Part shown: one piece after another, positions 52,483 to 64,000 of the stretch | How positions within the stretch are numbered: position 1 is the first letter of the stretch | Layout of the letters: every line of letters begins with the position of its first letter | Assembly (NCBI RefSeq): GCF_006345805.1 | Contig: NC_043007.1 | Location: 40,424,001-40,488,000, forward strand | Length of the DNA: 64,000 nucleotides | From: Octopus sinensis | Taxonomy: Eukaryota | Direction of reading: 5' to 3' | Position numbers and translations under genes: made by a program | The notes under the pieces: model-generated | What the model saw: the letters and a program-made list of their open reading frames with translations, nothing else | What the model was told of the DNA's origin: nothing | The model's database searches: none

Positions 52483-52488
52483 AATAAA
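52483..52488 (+). terminator. candidate polyadenylation signal AATAAA
   Basis: An AATAAA ~450 nt after the stop codon; position only, in AT-rich sequence. Confidence 0.25.
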
Positions 52489-52529
52489 AAGTCCAATGTA
52501 CTTGTTTCAAATTATTGCACAAGGCCGAT

Positions 52530-53275
52530 GGTATTTAGAAGTTGATTACAGTGACCTCAGCACTTGACTGGTACTTGATTTTATCGACCCCCGAAAGTAC
52601 GAAAGGCAAAGTTGACCTCGGTGGGATTTGAAATCGGGACATAAAGAGATAGAACGAGTGCCTAGAGGCACTTTGTCCAACGCGCTAACGATTCTGCCAG
52701 CTTGCTACCTTACCTTTATTCTATAAATGTTAAAAAATTTGACGCAAGGCCAGTACTTGACTGGCGCTTTATTATATCGATCTCGAAAGGACGAAAGACA
52801 AAGTTGACCACGGCGGGATTTAAACTCAGAATGTAAAGAGCTGGAAGAAATTTTGCTAAGCATTTTGTCCGGCGCTGTAATGATTTTGTCATCTCGTCGC
52901 TTTATCCTTCTATATACAATGATTTCAAATTCTGGTACAAGGCCACCAATTTCGAAGTGGGGCGGGGATAAGTCGATTATATTTGAACTCAGAATTGCCG
53001 CAAAGTATTTTGTCCGGCACGGTCATGATTCTGTCAACTCACCGCCTTTTGTTCTATAAATAATCCTTTCTACTAAAGACACAAGGCCTGACATTTTTTT
53101 TGGTGGTGGGGGGGGGGAGATAAGTCGGTTACATTGACCCCAGTGCGTAAGGTGGTACTTATTTCATCGCCTCCGAAAGGATGAAAGGCAAAGTCGACGT
53201 CGGCGGAATTTGAACTCAGGACGTAAATTTGAACGAAATGCTGCAAAGCATTCTGTCAGGTGTACTCGTTGCCTT
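52530..53275 (-). repeat. cluster of several partial S2 SINE units downstream of the SLC22 stop
   Basis: Repeated GTCGACC/GTTGACC...GGCGG(A/G)ATTT(G/A)AACTCAG units. Confidence 0.75.
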
Positions 53276-53779
53276 TTACTCTAAAAATAATAAAAAGTGC
53301 CTCTGCGTCTTGCGTTAATTAAACTTTTATCTGTGCAAAGCGTTTTAATACATCTGTATTAATCATCCATAATTATTTGCAAACTTTTAGTCACCCCCTT
53401 GTTTCATATGCTGAGTAATATAAAACTTTTCTTTCATAAGTTCGTAGTTACTTTGGTTGTTAAAAAAAATTGCGTATGTGTATCATATCTAATGCATGGT
53501 TGCTAGGGAAATATGCCCTGTACATCACATGATACATAGGACAGGCAAGGGTTAGTGGTAACGAGAGAGGAAACTGGCAATATCGATTGGACAAAAGTCA
53601 ATGTACTCTGCAGTATGAAGTTACGTCATTTCATGATTGAAGTTCAAATCTCACCGTGGTTGATCTTGTCTTTTTATCATACTCTATTGAGGAAGATAAA
53701 ACAAAGTGCCAGCCAAGTTAATATAAACCATTATGTAATTTCAAACCCCACCCACATTCGTGACTTTGCTCTATCCATG

Positions 53780-53885
53780 CTTGTTTGTTGTTAACACAAC
53801 GTTTCGGCTGATATACCCTCCAGCCTTCTTCAGGTGTCTTGGGGAAATTTCGAACCTGGGTTCTCATTCCTAAGGTATTCTTCGA

Positions 53886-53934
<49 letters not shown>

Positions 53935-54056
53935 GTTCAGGTCACTGCTTGGAATCAAACTCGGAATCTTGAGGTTAGTAGCCCGCGCTCTTAACCACTA
54001 CGCCATCTGCGTACAAGATGAGGATAAATATCCGTCGAATGTAAATAATGTAAATA
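53780..54056 (-). mobile_element. hammerhead-bearing tRNA-headed SINE (S5), truncated duplicate copy A
   Basis: Near-identical to 55197-55484 and shares its right flank (GACTCCAGTTTTAATTTCTCTTAAA). Confidence 0.85.
53793..53838 (-). ncRNA. minimal type I hammerhead ribozyme motif (S5 copy A)
   Basis: Minus strand: GACAC-CTGAAGA-A-GGCTG(GAGGGTATAT)CAGCC-GAAA-CG-TT^GTGTT; palindromic stem III AACGTT. Confidence 0.75.
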
Positions 54057-54298
54057 AATGGACTCCAGTTTTAATTTCTCTTAAATTACGATAAAAATGG
54101 TGGACATGTGGTTATCAGAAATAGTAGAGCAGGAAACAAAAGGCATATTTCATCACACCCGTTTATGTTTAAGATCAAATTTCGCTTTTTATCTCCCTTG
54201 TATAAATGAAAAGTAAAATAATATACAGAAGTCATATTGATCAACAGTTTGCTCTGTCACACAAATCTATTGTTGTCTGTCAATGATTAAAATAAATA

Positions 54299-54587
54299 TA
54301 GTAATACCTCACTTTAAGGGGACCCATTTTACGTGACTCTGGGCTTACGAGTTTTATTTTTCGAACACAAGTAAACGAAGTGCAAAAGTTTCTGCTACCA
54401 CAACAAACGCTTCAACGTGTTACCGGGAAATTTATAAAATGCTTCTTCTAAGGAAATAACTCTCTAAGTCCGTCTACGAGTGCTTGTGAATCAGCGATTA
54501 CGTCTACAAGTGATGGTGGGTGCGAGTTTAGTGCGAGTGAAAGTGATTCTGAAAACGATAATAATAATAATAAAGATAATAATAATG

Positions 54588-54648
<61 letters not shown>

Positions 54649-54881
54649 TAATAATATTATTTATCATAAATGATCTTTACATTCATTGTTCTTTACATTT
54701 TACTATTGTTTTATTGCCATCTATTTACGAATATTATAAATTTTATAGATTAAATATTTTTCTGGGAACGAATTACAAATTATAACATTGCTACTATGGG
54801 AAATTATTGCTCTGTTTTACGAGTTTTCACTTTACGAGCGGTCTCAGGGGACAAATTAACTCGTATACCGAGACATTAGTG
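54299..54881. mobile_element. pogo/Tigger-like non-autonomous element
   Basis: TA|TAGTAATACCTCACTTTA... and ...CTCGTATACCGAGACATTAGTG|TA degenerate TIRs; internal TTTACGAG repeats. Confidence 0.6.
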
Positions 54882-55135
54882 TATAGTTATCATTGGTGCT
54901 ACTATCCAGAAGAATTTCCTTTGAATTATAACATTTCCCTCACATCTTGGTTTAAGTTTTCACAGTATTTTAATGTATTTGTTTTCATATTATTGTCACA
55001 AAATGTTAACATTATTCAGAATAAATCGAATTACAACAAATTACAACAAATCATCTTTTACTTATTTTACTCATTACACTACGGCCATATTGGATACCAC
55101 CTTGAAGTGTTTAGGCGAAGAAATCGACTCCAGTT

Positions 55136-55302
55136 CTATATTTAAGAGATGAGGAATTATGTACATTATTTACATTCGACGGATATTTGTCCTCATCTTG
55201 TTTGTTGTTAACACAACGTTTCGGCTGATATTCCCCCCAGCCTTCTTCAGGTGTCTTGGGGAAATTTCGAACCTGGGTTCTCATTCCTAAGGTATTCTTC
55301 GA

Positions 55303-55363
<61 letters not shown>

Positions 55364-55484
55364 GTTCAGGTCACTGCTTGGAATCAAACTCGGAATCTTG
55401 AGGTTAGTAGCCCGCGCTCTTAACCACTACGCCATATGCGTACAAGATGAGGATAAATATCCGTCGAATGTAAATAATGTAAAT
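55136..55484 (-). mobile_element. hammerhead-bearing tRNA-headed SINE (S5), complete copy B
   Basis: Minus strand: inverted tail piece, then tRNA-like head (A-box TGGCGTAGTGG 55434-55424; B-box-like GAGTTTGATTCC 55391-55380), (AAT)n, spacer, hammerhead and ~75-nt tail; 15-bp TSD. Confidence 0.85.
55210..55255 (-). ncRNA. minimal type I hammerhead ribozyme motif (S5 copy B)
   Basis: Minus strand: GACAC-CTGAAGA-A-GGCTG(GGGGGAATAT)CAGCC-GAAA-CG-TT^GTGTT; same stems as copy A, different loop II. Confidence 0.75.
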
Positions 55485-56222
55485 AAATCGACTCCAGTTT
55501 TAATTTCTCTTAAAGACTGGTACTTACTTTATCGGTCTCTTTCGTCAAATCGCTGACTTATGGAAACGTAAAGAAACAAACACCGGGTTTCAAGCGATGG
55601 TGTGGGACACACACACACACAAACACACATACGTACGAGAGGCTTCTTTCAGTTTCAGTTTGCGAAATCCACTCATAAGGCTTAGGTCGACCCGAGGTAA
55701 TAGTAGAAGATACTTGCTTAAGGTTCCAACCATGTGGTTAGGAAGCAAATTCTGTGCCTATTTCTGTATTTCAACTGTTACACTTTATAAATATACATTT
55801 TATACGACTTTTACGTAGGGCATGATGGTGACGATCTTTTGAGAATGGGAGGGAATTCCTGCATGTTTACTTTGGGACCGGTCCACACTGTATCAGTTCC
55901 TTGTATCGAAAATTATTAAGGAAAATCAATGCATATCCATTCTCAGTCTGCTCTTTATCTAAGGTCGCAGGTCTGTGAAGAGTAGAACGATGAAAGGAAA
56001 GTTTTTCTACTAAATGCCATACTGGGTTCTGTTTCAATAAAACACTTCAGAGACGATAAACCTTACAGTATGTCACCTTATCAAAGTGGACCTGATTAGA
56101 CCTTAAAATGGGTACCTACAGCACACTGGCTTTCTAAGTAACGTTATATATACATTATGCGGTAGTTCAGTGAATAATAATAACAGCAGCAGCAACAACA
56201 ACAACAACAACAACAACAACAA

Positions 56223-56778
56223 ATGCCCTGATGCAGTGCCAGACAGTGGCTCTCATGGCTCCTGATCTTAACTGATTGGAAGCATTATCATGTACATTGT
56301 TTTGTCTTGGTATAAAAGATGGGCTACAGCAAATATTCTGCTAAATTCCACAGGTTTGCTTTACAGTTGTTTGACCTTAACCAGTTGAGCATGTCCCTTA
56401 GTGGCTGACGATATGTGCATCTCTCATCACGAGCAGAAGTAGTGAGGGAGCATCATAGCCGTGTGTTGAAAGGAATTATTAGAGGTTTGGATAATTCACT
56501 TTTCGAAACATGGGTGGTTCGTTCAACATCCTTAAACAATCCTTATTCAGGGACCTTTTGGGCGGGATGGGCTACTCGACCAGAAGGAAATTCTAACTGG
56601 GCTCCACCTGCGAGTCCATGCGCTGTTTATCTTGATATGAGATCACAATATCACGTACATATGGTTGCGATGCATATGCCTTGTGTACCCTTATCAAACG
56701 GGTAGTCATGATGGGTATAGTGGGCTTCGTATATTTTACCCCAGTGTCACTTTGATGGCATGCACTGCTCTCTCATTC
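56223..56778. mobile_element. (ATT)n-anchored ~550-bp repeat, copy 5 (inverted relative to the others)
   Basis: Reverse complement of 29425-29980; (CAA)n on the left, (AAT)n on the right. Confidence 0.85.
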
Positions 56779-56837
<59 letters not shown>

Positions 56838-57059
56838 TAATGTTTTCTACTACAGACACAAGGCCTGAAGTTTCGGGGAGGAGGTAGGTTGACTACATTG
56901 ATCCCAGTGTCTCACTGGTACTCAATTTATCGATTCCGAAAGGATGAAATGCGAAGTCGACCTCGGCGGAATTTGAACTCAGAACGTAGCGGTCGACGAA
57001 ATACTGCTAAGAATTTCGTCCAGCATGCTAATGATTCAGCTAGCACACTGCCTTAATAA

Positions 57060-57410
57060 TAATGTGTCTTTATTGGCCACATAGGCTTACATAGAACACG
57101 CAGACACGCAAATACAAGAGTGCAAAGGGCAGGGTTTACCGTGTAAATATATAAAACAATAACAAAAAATGAACAAGATTAAACAATTACAATTCCCAAA
57201 TTAGACTTCCAAGGGAAAACCGTACAAACCCATAGAAAATCACGGTTTCCCTGACCACTTAGGCAAGTTCTTCCTCTCTTATTCCGCTCAGAAGCGCATG
57301 CTCAGAGCAGGCCCGTTCACACGAACCATGATCGCCACTCTCATCCACCCTACAATAAATTTGCTAGAAGGGAGCATCTCCCTCTCCACTCTGATCCACC
57401 TGTTCCAAAA
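57060..57410 (-). mobile_element. Tx1/L1-like LINE extreme 3' end
   Basis: The reverse complement resembles 28340-28500 (AGAGTGGAGAG...GGGTGG..GAGTGGCG..ATGGT..GAGTG). Confidence 0.55.
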
Positions 57411-57424
57411 AAAAAAAAAAAGCA

Positions 57425-58350
57425 ATGCAGTTAATCAAAGTATGAATGTAAATTTTGCCATTGTATCTGTTGCATATTTATGCCGGCAGCGAAGAATTCT
57501 GGAGAGCAAGAGGTGATGAAATCACGAAAGGCTGTTTTTGCATCTTCAGATTTGAAGTTTTTCCTTGCAAAAAGTTGTCTAATACCGGGAAAATATGATG
57601 GTCAGTTGGTGTAAGGATTGGTGAATATGGTGGATGACAGAGCACTTCCAAGTTCAGTTTCTGTAACTTGAGTAGCGTTCTTTGTGCAACATGTGTTCGA
57701 GCATTGTCATACAAGAGAATTGGCCTGTCTCTATTGACCAATCTCGGTTGTTTAATTTCAAGTTCACTCATCATTTCATCCAATTGGTTGACGTATACAT
57801 CAGCTGTAATTGAGTTACCAGGTCTCATGAAGCTGTAGGAGATGACACCTGCACTGGACCACCAAACAGACTCCATTAGCTTTCTTTGGTGAATATTGTT
57901 TTTTGGACTGTGTTTTGGCATTTCGCTTCTATCCAGTTACCATGCAGAACGCTTGCTATTGTTGAAGTGAATTCGGTTTTCATCACACGTCAGAGTACGA
58001 TGCAAAAATGGCTCACTTTTATGCCGTGACAGCAAAGAACAGCAAGTTTCAAGATGACATGTCATTTGATGTTTGTTCAGTTCGTGTTGTGCCCACTTGT
58101 TCAGCTTCTTTACTCTACTGATTTGTTTCAGATGGTCCAATACAGTTGGAATTGAAACATCAAACATTGCTGCTAACTCACGCGTAGTTTGAGATGTATC
58201 TGCTTCCACTACAGTTTCCAGCAGATCATTATACATCTTGGTCTAAGGTCAACCACGGAGCTGATTTTCAAGAGTAAAGTCAGCAGACCGTAACTGCTCA
58301 ATGCATCAACGTACAGAGCGCTCATTCGCGTTATCTTTACCAAACACCTA
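57425..58350 (-). mobile_element. mariner transposase, near complete but frameshifted
   Basis: KW(A)QHEL, LTCDEN, VWWSSAG, LYDNARTH and HPPYSPILTPTDHH motifs. Confidence 0.92.
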
Positions 58351-58499
58351 ATTGATGTTTCGAGCTGTCTGGGATGCATTGGTCCCACGACAGATTCATA
58401 AACAACACGAATTTTTTATCTATCCATGGGTTAACAAAAATTGATTTAGAAGAGAAAAGTCACAATATAATCAGATACATTTCGAAAAGTGATGATGTA

Positions 58500-58925
58500 A
58501 CTCTTCAATGTTGTAAAACAAAAAATTGTCATGATAAAACTTTAGAGTTAGCGGCTGTCAAACATGGTCTATAAGAAAATCGGACATTTAATTCTTAATG
58601 ACCTGAGAGAAGGCCTGATTTAGTAGTAGTTGATAGAGAGAATAGAAAGTTCCATATAATGGACTTTACAATATTAGAGGTATAGAGAAAATATCTAAGT
58701 ACTGGGACCTAGCCATTGACTTACAGAGACAATAGAAAGTGCGAGTAAAATGTATACCTGTAGCTATGTGTGCACAAGGAACTATTCCAAAAGATTTGAA
58801 TAGAGGGATAGAGGAAATAGGCATAAAACCCAATTTAGTACAGCTCCAGAAAACAGGGTTATTAGGGACAGCTAGGATACGTTAGTGGGATTTTGGCATC
58901 TAAGGTTACTTGTTGTAGCCTGATG
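58500..58925 (+). mobile_element. R4/Dong-like non-LTR retrotransposon C-terminus (restriction-like endonuclease)
   Basis: RRPDLVVVDRENRK..IMD...EKISKYWDLAIDLQR...IPV...QGTIPKDL...LQKTGLLGTARI. Confidence 0.75.
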
Positions 58926-60730
58926 TTAGGAATTTTTCTTTTCTAACGGTCTAACCTGTTGAGCGTATATGGAATAATAATAATCCTTTCTGCTATAGGC
59001 ATAAAGCCCGAATTTTGTGAGAGGGGTAAGTCGAATACATCGATATCAGTACTCAACTACTACTTATTTTATCGACCCCGAAAGAATAAAAGGCAAACTG
59101 GATCTCAGCAGAAGTTATACTCAGAACGTAAGAAATTAAGAAGCATTTCTTCCCTCTCTCTACGTTCTAATTTAAAATGCAACTGAAGTCTACCTTGCCT
59201 ATCATCTTTCATGATCGATAAAATAAAGTATCAGTTACGTACTGAAGATGATATAATCGACTGGTCTCTTCCTCCTTCTCAAAATTGCTGGCATTGTGCC
59301 AAAACTGGAAAACAGAAGGTGGCGAGCTAGCAGAATTGTTAGCATCAGAGACAGAGACATATTGGTTTCAAATTTTGGCACCAGGCCAGAAATTTCGTGA
59401 AAGAGGGGTAAGACATTTACATCGACCTCTGTGTTCAACTTATTTTATCGATTTATTTTATCTCTACTTATTTTATCCAACTTATTTTATCGACTCCGAA
59501 AGCATGAAAGGCAAAGTCGACCTCGGCGGAATTTGAACTAATGACATAAAGACCGACGAAATGCCGCTAAGCATTTTTCCCGGCGTTCAAACGATTCTAT
59601 CAGCTTGTCGCTTTACAGAACCGAACAAATATCAAATTCATTTCACTAGACATATAGCTCCAAAATTTCATATGAGTCACGGTTGTTTAAATTTTGAATT
59701 ATATATATTGTCAACTTTTGAAAGGATAAAAGACGAACTGTTAGTGTCAGCAGAGAACAACACGAAATTTTGGAAGGTTCAATAAGGCTGAACTTAAAGT
59801 AAAAAATAATTTTACTTACTGTTACCCTTCAGCATAGTATTTCGTATAAGTTCACGAGTATTTAAAAATATGCACACGATCAGCGTCATCGTATGTCCGA
59901 TATCAATCCACACTCGCAAAAATATACTGCTGAGTATAATTCATACCTTTCTTTTATACCCACGTGTGGGTAAATTTTTCGTAAATTTTAATATTTGAAT
60001 ATTTCTCTTATATTTTAATATTTTTCGTATATTGTAATATTTTACCAAGTATTTATATATATATATTATATATTATATATTGTGTGGTATATTATTTATT
60101 TATTACTATGATTTTATTTCCCCTGACTTCAATATGAGTACTCAATATAGTGAAGAGTAACATAATATTTACAGTCTTGGCATCTAGTTTGTACTATAGA
60201 TTTCGTTTCAATAATTTCATTGATTGTCAAATGTTATATATTATGTGGTATGTTATAATATATATTATATGTTATATATTGTATATTATATCTCATACGC
60301 AGATATTTATTTTAATAGCTCATTTATGGCAATATTGAAATGTTGAAATGCATGAGGAGTAATTGGTATTTTAATATTTAAATCTTTTGCACAGTTACCT
60401 CCCTCTAGCTAGATTTCACAAAATTGAAAATTTTTCATTTAGATAATTATTTTTCTATAAGAAATTTATCTTAGATGTATTCATAACATAATAACAGATC
60501 TTTCACCGTACGTATTTATTTATTATCTCCCTTCGTATCTAAGCCCCCTTAGACAATTTCTTCTTAAACTTTTCTTGAATATTTTTCTTAAATTTGTTTT
60601 GTATTTTAATGATAGCTTTAACGGACCCAAACAACACTACTGTTTTTAAATAATAGCTGACCAGTTAAGTTGTAAGACTCTACTTATCATATGAGTATTA
60701 TAATGATAATTTTTATGTAAATAATAACAT

Positions 60731-61105
60731 AGGCACAGGAGTGGCTGTGTGGTAAGTAGTTTGTTTACCAACCACATAGATCCGGGTTCAGTCCCACTGC
60801 GTGGCACCTTAGTCAAGTGTCTTCCACTATAGCCTCGGGCCAACCAAAGCCTTGTGAGTGGATTTGGTAGACGGAAACTGAAGGAAGCTCGTCGTATATA
60901 TGTGTGCGTGCGTAAATGTTTGTGTGTCTGTGTTTGTCTCCCCAACAACCGATGCTGGTGTGTTTACGTCCCCGTAACTTAGCTGTTCGGCAAAACAGAA
61001 TAGTACTAGGCTTACAAAGAATAATTCCTGGGGTCGATTTGCTCGACGAAAGGCGGTGCTCCAGCATGGCCGCAGTCACATGACTGAAACAAGTAAAAAG
61101 AGAGA
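60731..61105 (+). mobile_element. full-length S1 SINE
   Basis: Head GGCTGTGTGGTAAG...GGGTTCAGTCCC, internal microsatellite, tail ...GACTGAAACAAGTAAAAAGAG. Confidence 0.85.
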
Positions 61106-61621
61106 GTAATAACAGCACACTTAATTTATAATGATATTATTACGTAATGATTTCCCCAACTATGTTTACATTAACTAAATTTTATTACTATTCTTTTGCA
61201 TAGTTTTTAGTTTCTAACTAATGACCCCTGTTATATGGATCATCACATTAACCCCACCCCATAACGTTTTATCTTCACTATCTCCCCCATTAGATTGAAA
61301 TAAGATGTGATCTCACAACATCTGGATATTACCTTGGAATGTACTTTTTTACTAATTTTTACTACTTTTTATCGTTTTATTTTACTTTTTTACTTGTTTA
61401 ATTCTTACCATTATGGACTCTCTGATGAAGCTTTGAGGTTCAATTTTTATCCAATATTTGTTCAATTTTTTGTCGAATTTTTGTCGAATTTTTGTATGAT
61501 ATGTCAACTTTGTCATGCTATATTCACCCATTTATTCTTATTTATTCATATGATTACAATTAATAAATAGATCTAGCTAATGTTTGTCAATTAATTATCT
61601 TTTCCATTTTCTTCATTGCCT

Positions 61622-61679
<58 letters not shown>

Positions 61680-63039
61680 AACATTATCGATCGTTCATCC
61701 ACAGTGCATGTGTTCTGTTTATTCGCCAAACTTGCTGCAGTTTATTGTTTGGGGAGAGACTGCCTAATAATGCTGGGTGTTAAAAGACCTGAAATTATAG
61801 AAAAAGTGAGACAATACGTCCCGATTGAATCAAGAGTGGCGGATATCAACATTTCCAATATTTCGCTAATACTGTGTGGCTTATGAACACCACGCGCCTG
61901 GTTCGAACCTAGAATCAACTGAATCCTGGTGTATTGCTATATACAAATAGTGTGAAAATTGTTAGATGATGTGCAACGGCAATGCACTTGTGTTAGTTAA
62001 ATTACGAATTAAAAAGTACCGTTTGTAATGGAAACGTTATACACCCAAACACACACACTAGCACGGCTGGAACTCCAATGACCATGGGCATTTAATCTCT
62101 CTTCAGCTTGGAAGTAGAGAACCGTTACGGTCAGTTAATTTGTAAACAAAAGAATAATATACACAGCCTAGGCCTTAAACGGGACGAGTTATCACCCCTA
62201 GTCCGGTCCAGGCAGCAAATCTTATGGACCTAAAGTGTGAACGGGAATTTCCACCCCTAGGTTGGTTCCGGCCTGCAAATACATTTTACATCCCTAAGCG
62301 ACGAACGAGAAATCTCACGCCTGCAGCAGGTAGCGTTTGAAATGGGGGCATGGGTATAGATGTCGTGTCTTGAGTTTAAGAGAGAATCTGGTTCCAGCGA
62401 GCCTTTAAGGATCCTTGCCTACTCTACAATGTAAAGTTTGCATCATCCGCAGCAGTTTATACAGGGTCCGGCAGTTCTATTCTTCATTTAATTTCGTATG
62501 AAGTTCCTTCATCCTTAAGGCGTTACATTTTTCTTTATCTCATATTCCTCATATAAACTTTTATAAATATATTTTTCTAATGCATTTGATGTTTTAGCAA
62601 CATTTCAACGATCAATATTAGCCAAATTTCAACGATCGATATCTAATCACATTAACTCAACGTACTAGTAGGTTGTTGTTTACATTTGAAAATTTCAAAA
62701 GACAGTCCTCAAATTAGTTATTTCGTAATTCACAACTGGAAAATGTACTTACTTTTCCCTGGAGATACCCGGCAATATATGGTTTCTTACATCTATAATC
62801 GTTTGAATGTTGATGATTCGAACATACTGTCGGATTGAAACATGTGTAAAATTTTTTTCGGATATATCTTGGTTGTTTTGTTGATCCGGTTTCTTTTATC
62901 CTTATCCTTATCGGTATCACTTTTATTTTGCATTACTTTTTCATTGTGGTACAAAAAAAAATTAACCAAGTATCTATTATATTTTTTCTTCATCATTTTC
63001 CTTTATTATTTCTATAATTCATTAGAATGTTTATACATA

Positions 63040-63530
63040 TATATTGAGGTACTTTCTTTCAATATATCTGATAAAGCCAGTTGGCATTTGGATTGTTATT
63101 AACAATCGAACCAATTCTACTATATGGCTCAGAAACCTGGACGTTATCAAAGAAGCTTGTGAGGCGGTTGGATGGAACCTACACTCGCCTCCTTATGAGA
63201 GCTCAAAATCTCTCGTGGAAGCGCCATCCAACCAAAATGCAAATATATGGGAAATTACCACCTGTGTCATCTCTTGTGAAAGGTAGGAGAGTCCAGTTTG
63301 CTGGACATTGTTGTAGAGCTGAAAAAGAAGTAATTTCTACTCTTCTCCTCTGGAAGCCATCTACTCGCAATACCAGAGAGCGCACACTCTCCTACCCTGA
63401 TGTAATCTCCAGGGATACAGGCATCCAGCAACAGGACCTCCGTAATGCTATGATGGACCGTGAAGTCTGGCGTAACATAGTAAATTCCATTGTCTCGACC
63501 ACGGTCGAACAATGATGATGATGATGATGT
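63040..63530 (+). mobile_element. RTE-clade LINE 3' end with a (TGA)n tail
   Basis: LLYGSETWTL...RRVQFAGHCCR...MMDREVWR; the stop runs into TGATGATGA. Confidence 0.88.
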
Positions 63531-63599
63531 TATTAACAATCTCTTACGAGGAAATTACATCCTCAAAATTTTGAATGATAATTACAAGCATCTCTATAC

Positions 63600-64000
63600 A
63601 CGTATTTATACTGCTGTATAGATGTACGAATGTGAACAGTATTCATATATATATGAATATATAAAAAATATTTACAGAATGAGATACAAATCCAAGGCTG
63701 TGAAAGATTTCAGAACATTTATAAATAGAAGGGCTTACACTGATATTGCAGGAATTTATATTCTGTACAAGTTCATTAATGAATTTCCAGAAATAGCCGA
63801 AGGGTTATATAGAGACGATGCTTTATTTATAATTAAAATTACCAGTAACGTAAAATTAGAAAATTACAAGAAGAAATTTCACAAATTCTTTAATACATTT
63901 AGCTTGAAAATTTCTGTAGAAAACGAGCATAATTCCGTACATTTATTACATGTCAACCTTAACCTACGCACAGGCAACCATGCACTATATCAAAAATCTA
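63600..64000 (+). mobile_element. Penelope-like reverse transcriptase fragment (continues past the window end)
   Basis: DIAGIYIL...EGLYRDDALF...KKKFHKFFNTFSLKISVE...HLLHVNLNL (YRDD catalytic motif of PLE RTs). Confidence 0.8.

Larger units (their letters stand above)
55080..55745 (-). mobile_element. S1 SINE interrupted by the S5 insertion
   Basis: S1 sequence on both sides of 55136-55484, with a 15-bp duplication AAATCGACTCCAGTT at 55121-55135 and 55485-55499. Confidence 0.8.

Noticed and set aside
61422-61460. CTGATGAAG hammerhead-like start
   Set aside because: No stem II or GAAA half follows.
62810-62846. TTGATGA...GAAACATGT with a palindromic stem III
   Set aside because: U3-G8 core mismatch, G at the cleavage position and no stem I; at best a dead remnant.

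Overview
AT-rich animal genomic DNA saturated with microsatellites and transposon fossils. The repeat landscape fits an octopus/coleoid cephalopod (inference, not verifiable here). One host gene is visible: a + strand SLC22-family (organic cation/anion transporter-like, MFS) gene spanning 20848-52030. Seven exons were recovered by hand and their phases chain correctly across the first five introns: 20848-20986, 26051-26259, 30948-31178, 35372-35574, 42133-42507, 45992-46126 (probable GC donor) and 51839-52030. The part encoding roughly TM9-TM11 was not found and may lie in the N-gap at 47196-47295. The rest is mobile DNA: mariner, Tc1, pogo/Tigger-like MITEs, an 8-bp-TSD MITE, a Helitron with an intact 3' end, Gypsy integrase, Tx1/L1, R4-like, RTE and Penelope-like fragments, and several tRNA-derived SINE families. 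The main hunt result is a set of hammerhead-ribozyme-like motifs from about six unrelated repeat families. They include (i) a tRNA-headed SINE carrying a minimal hammerhead, whose separate fragments stop exactly at the predicted cleavage site, (ii) a motif with the compensatory U3-A8 core pair, and (iii) two sense-strand motifs inside SLC22 introns. Almost all ORF-track entries are microsatellite artefacts.
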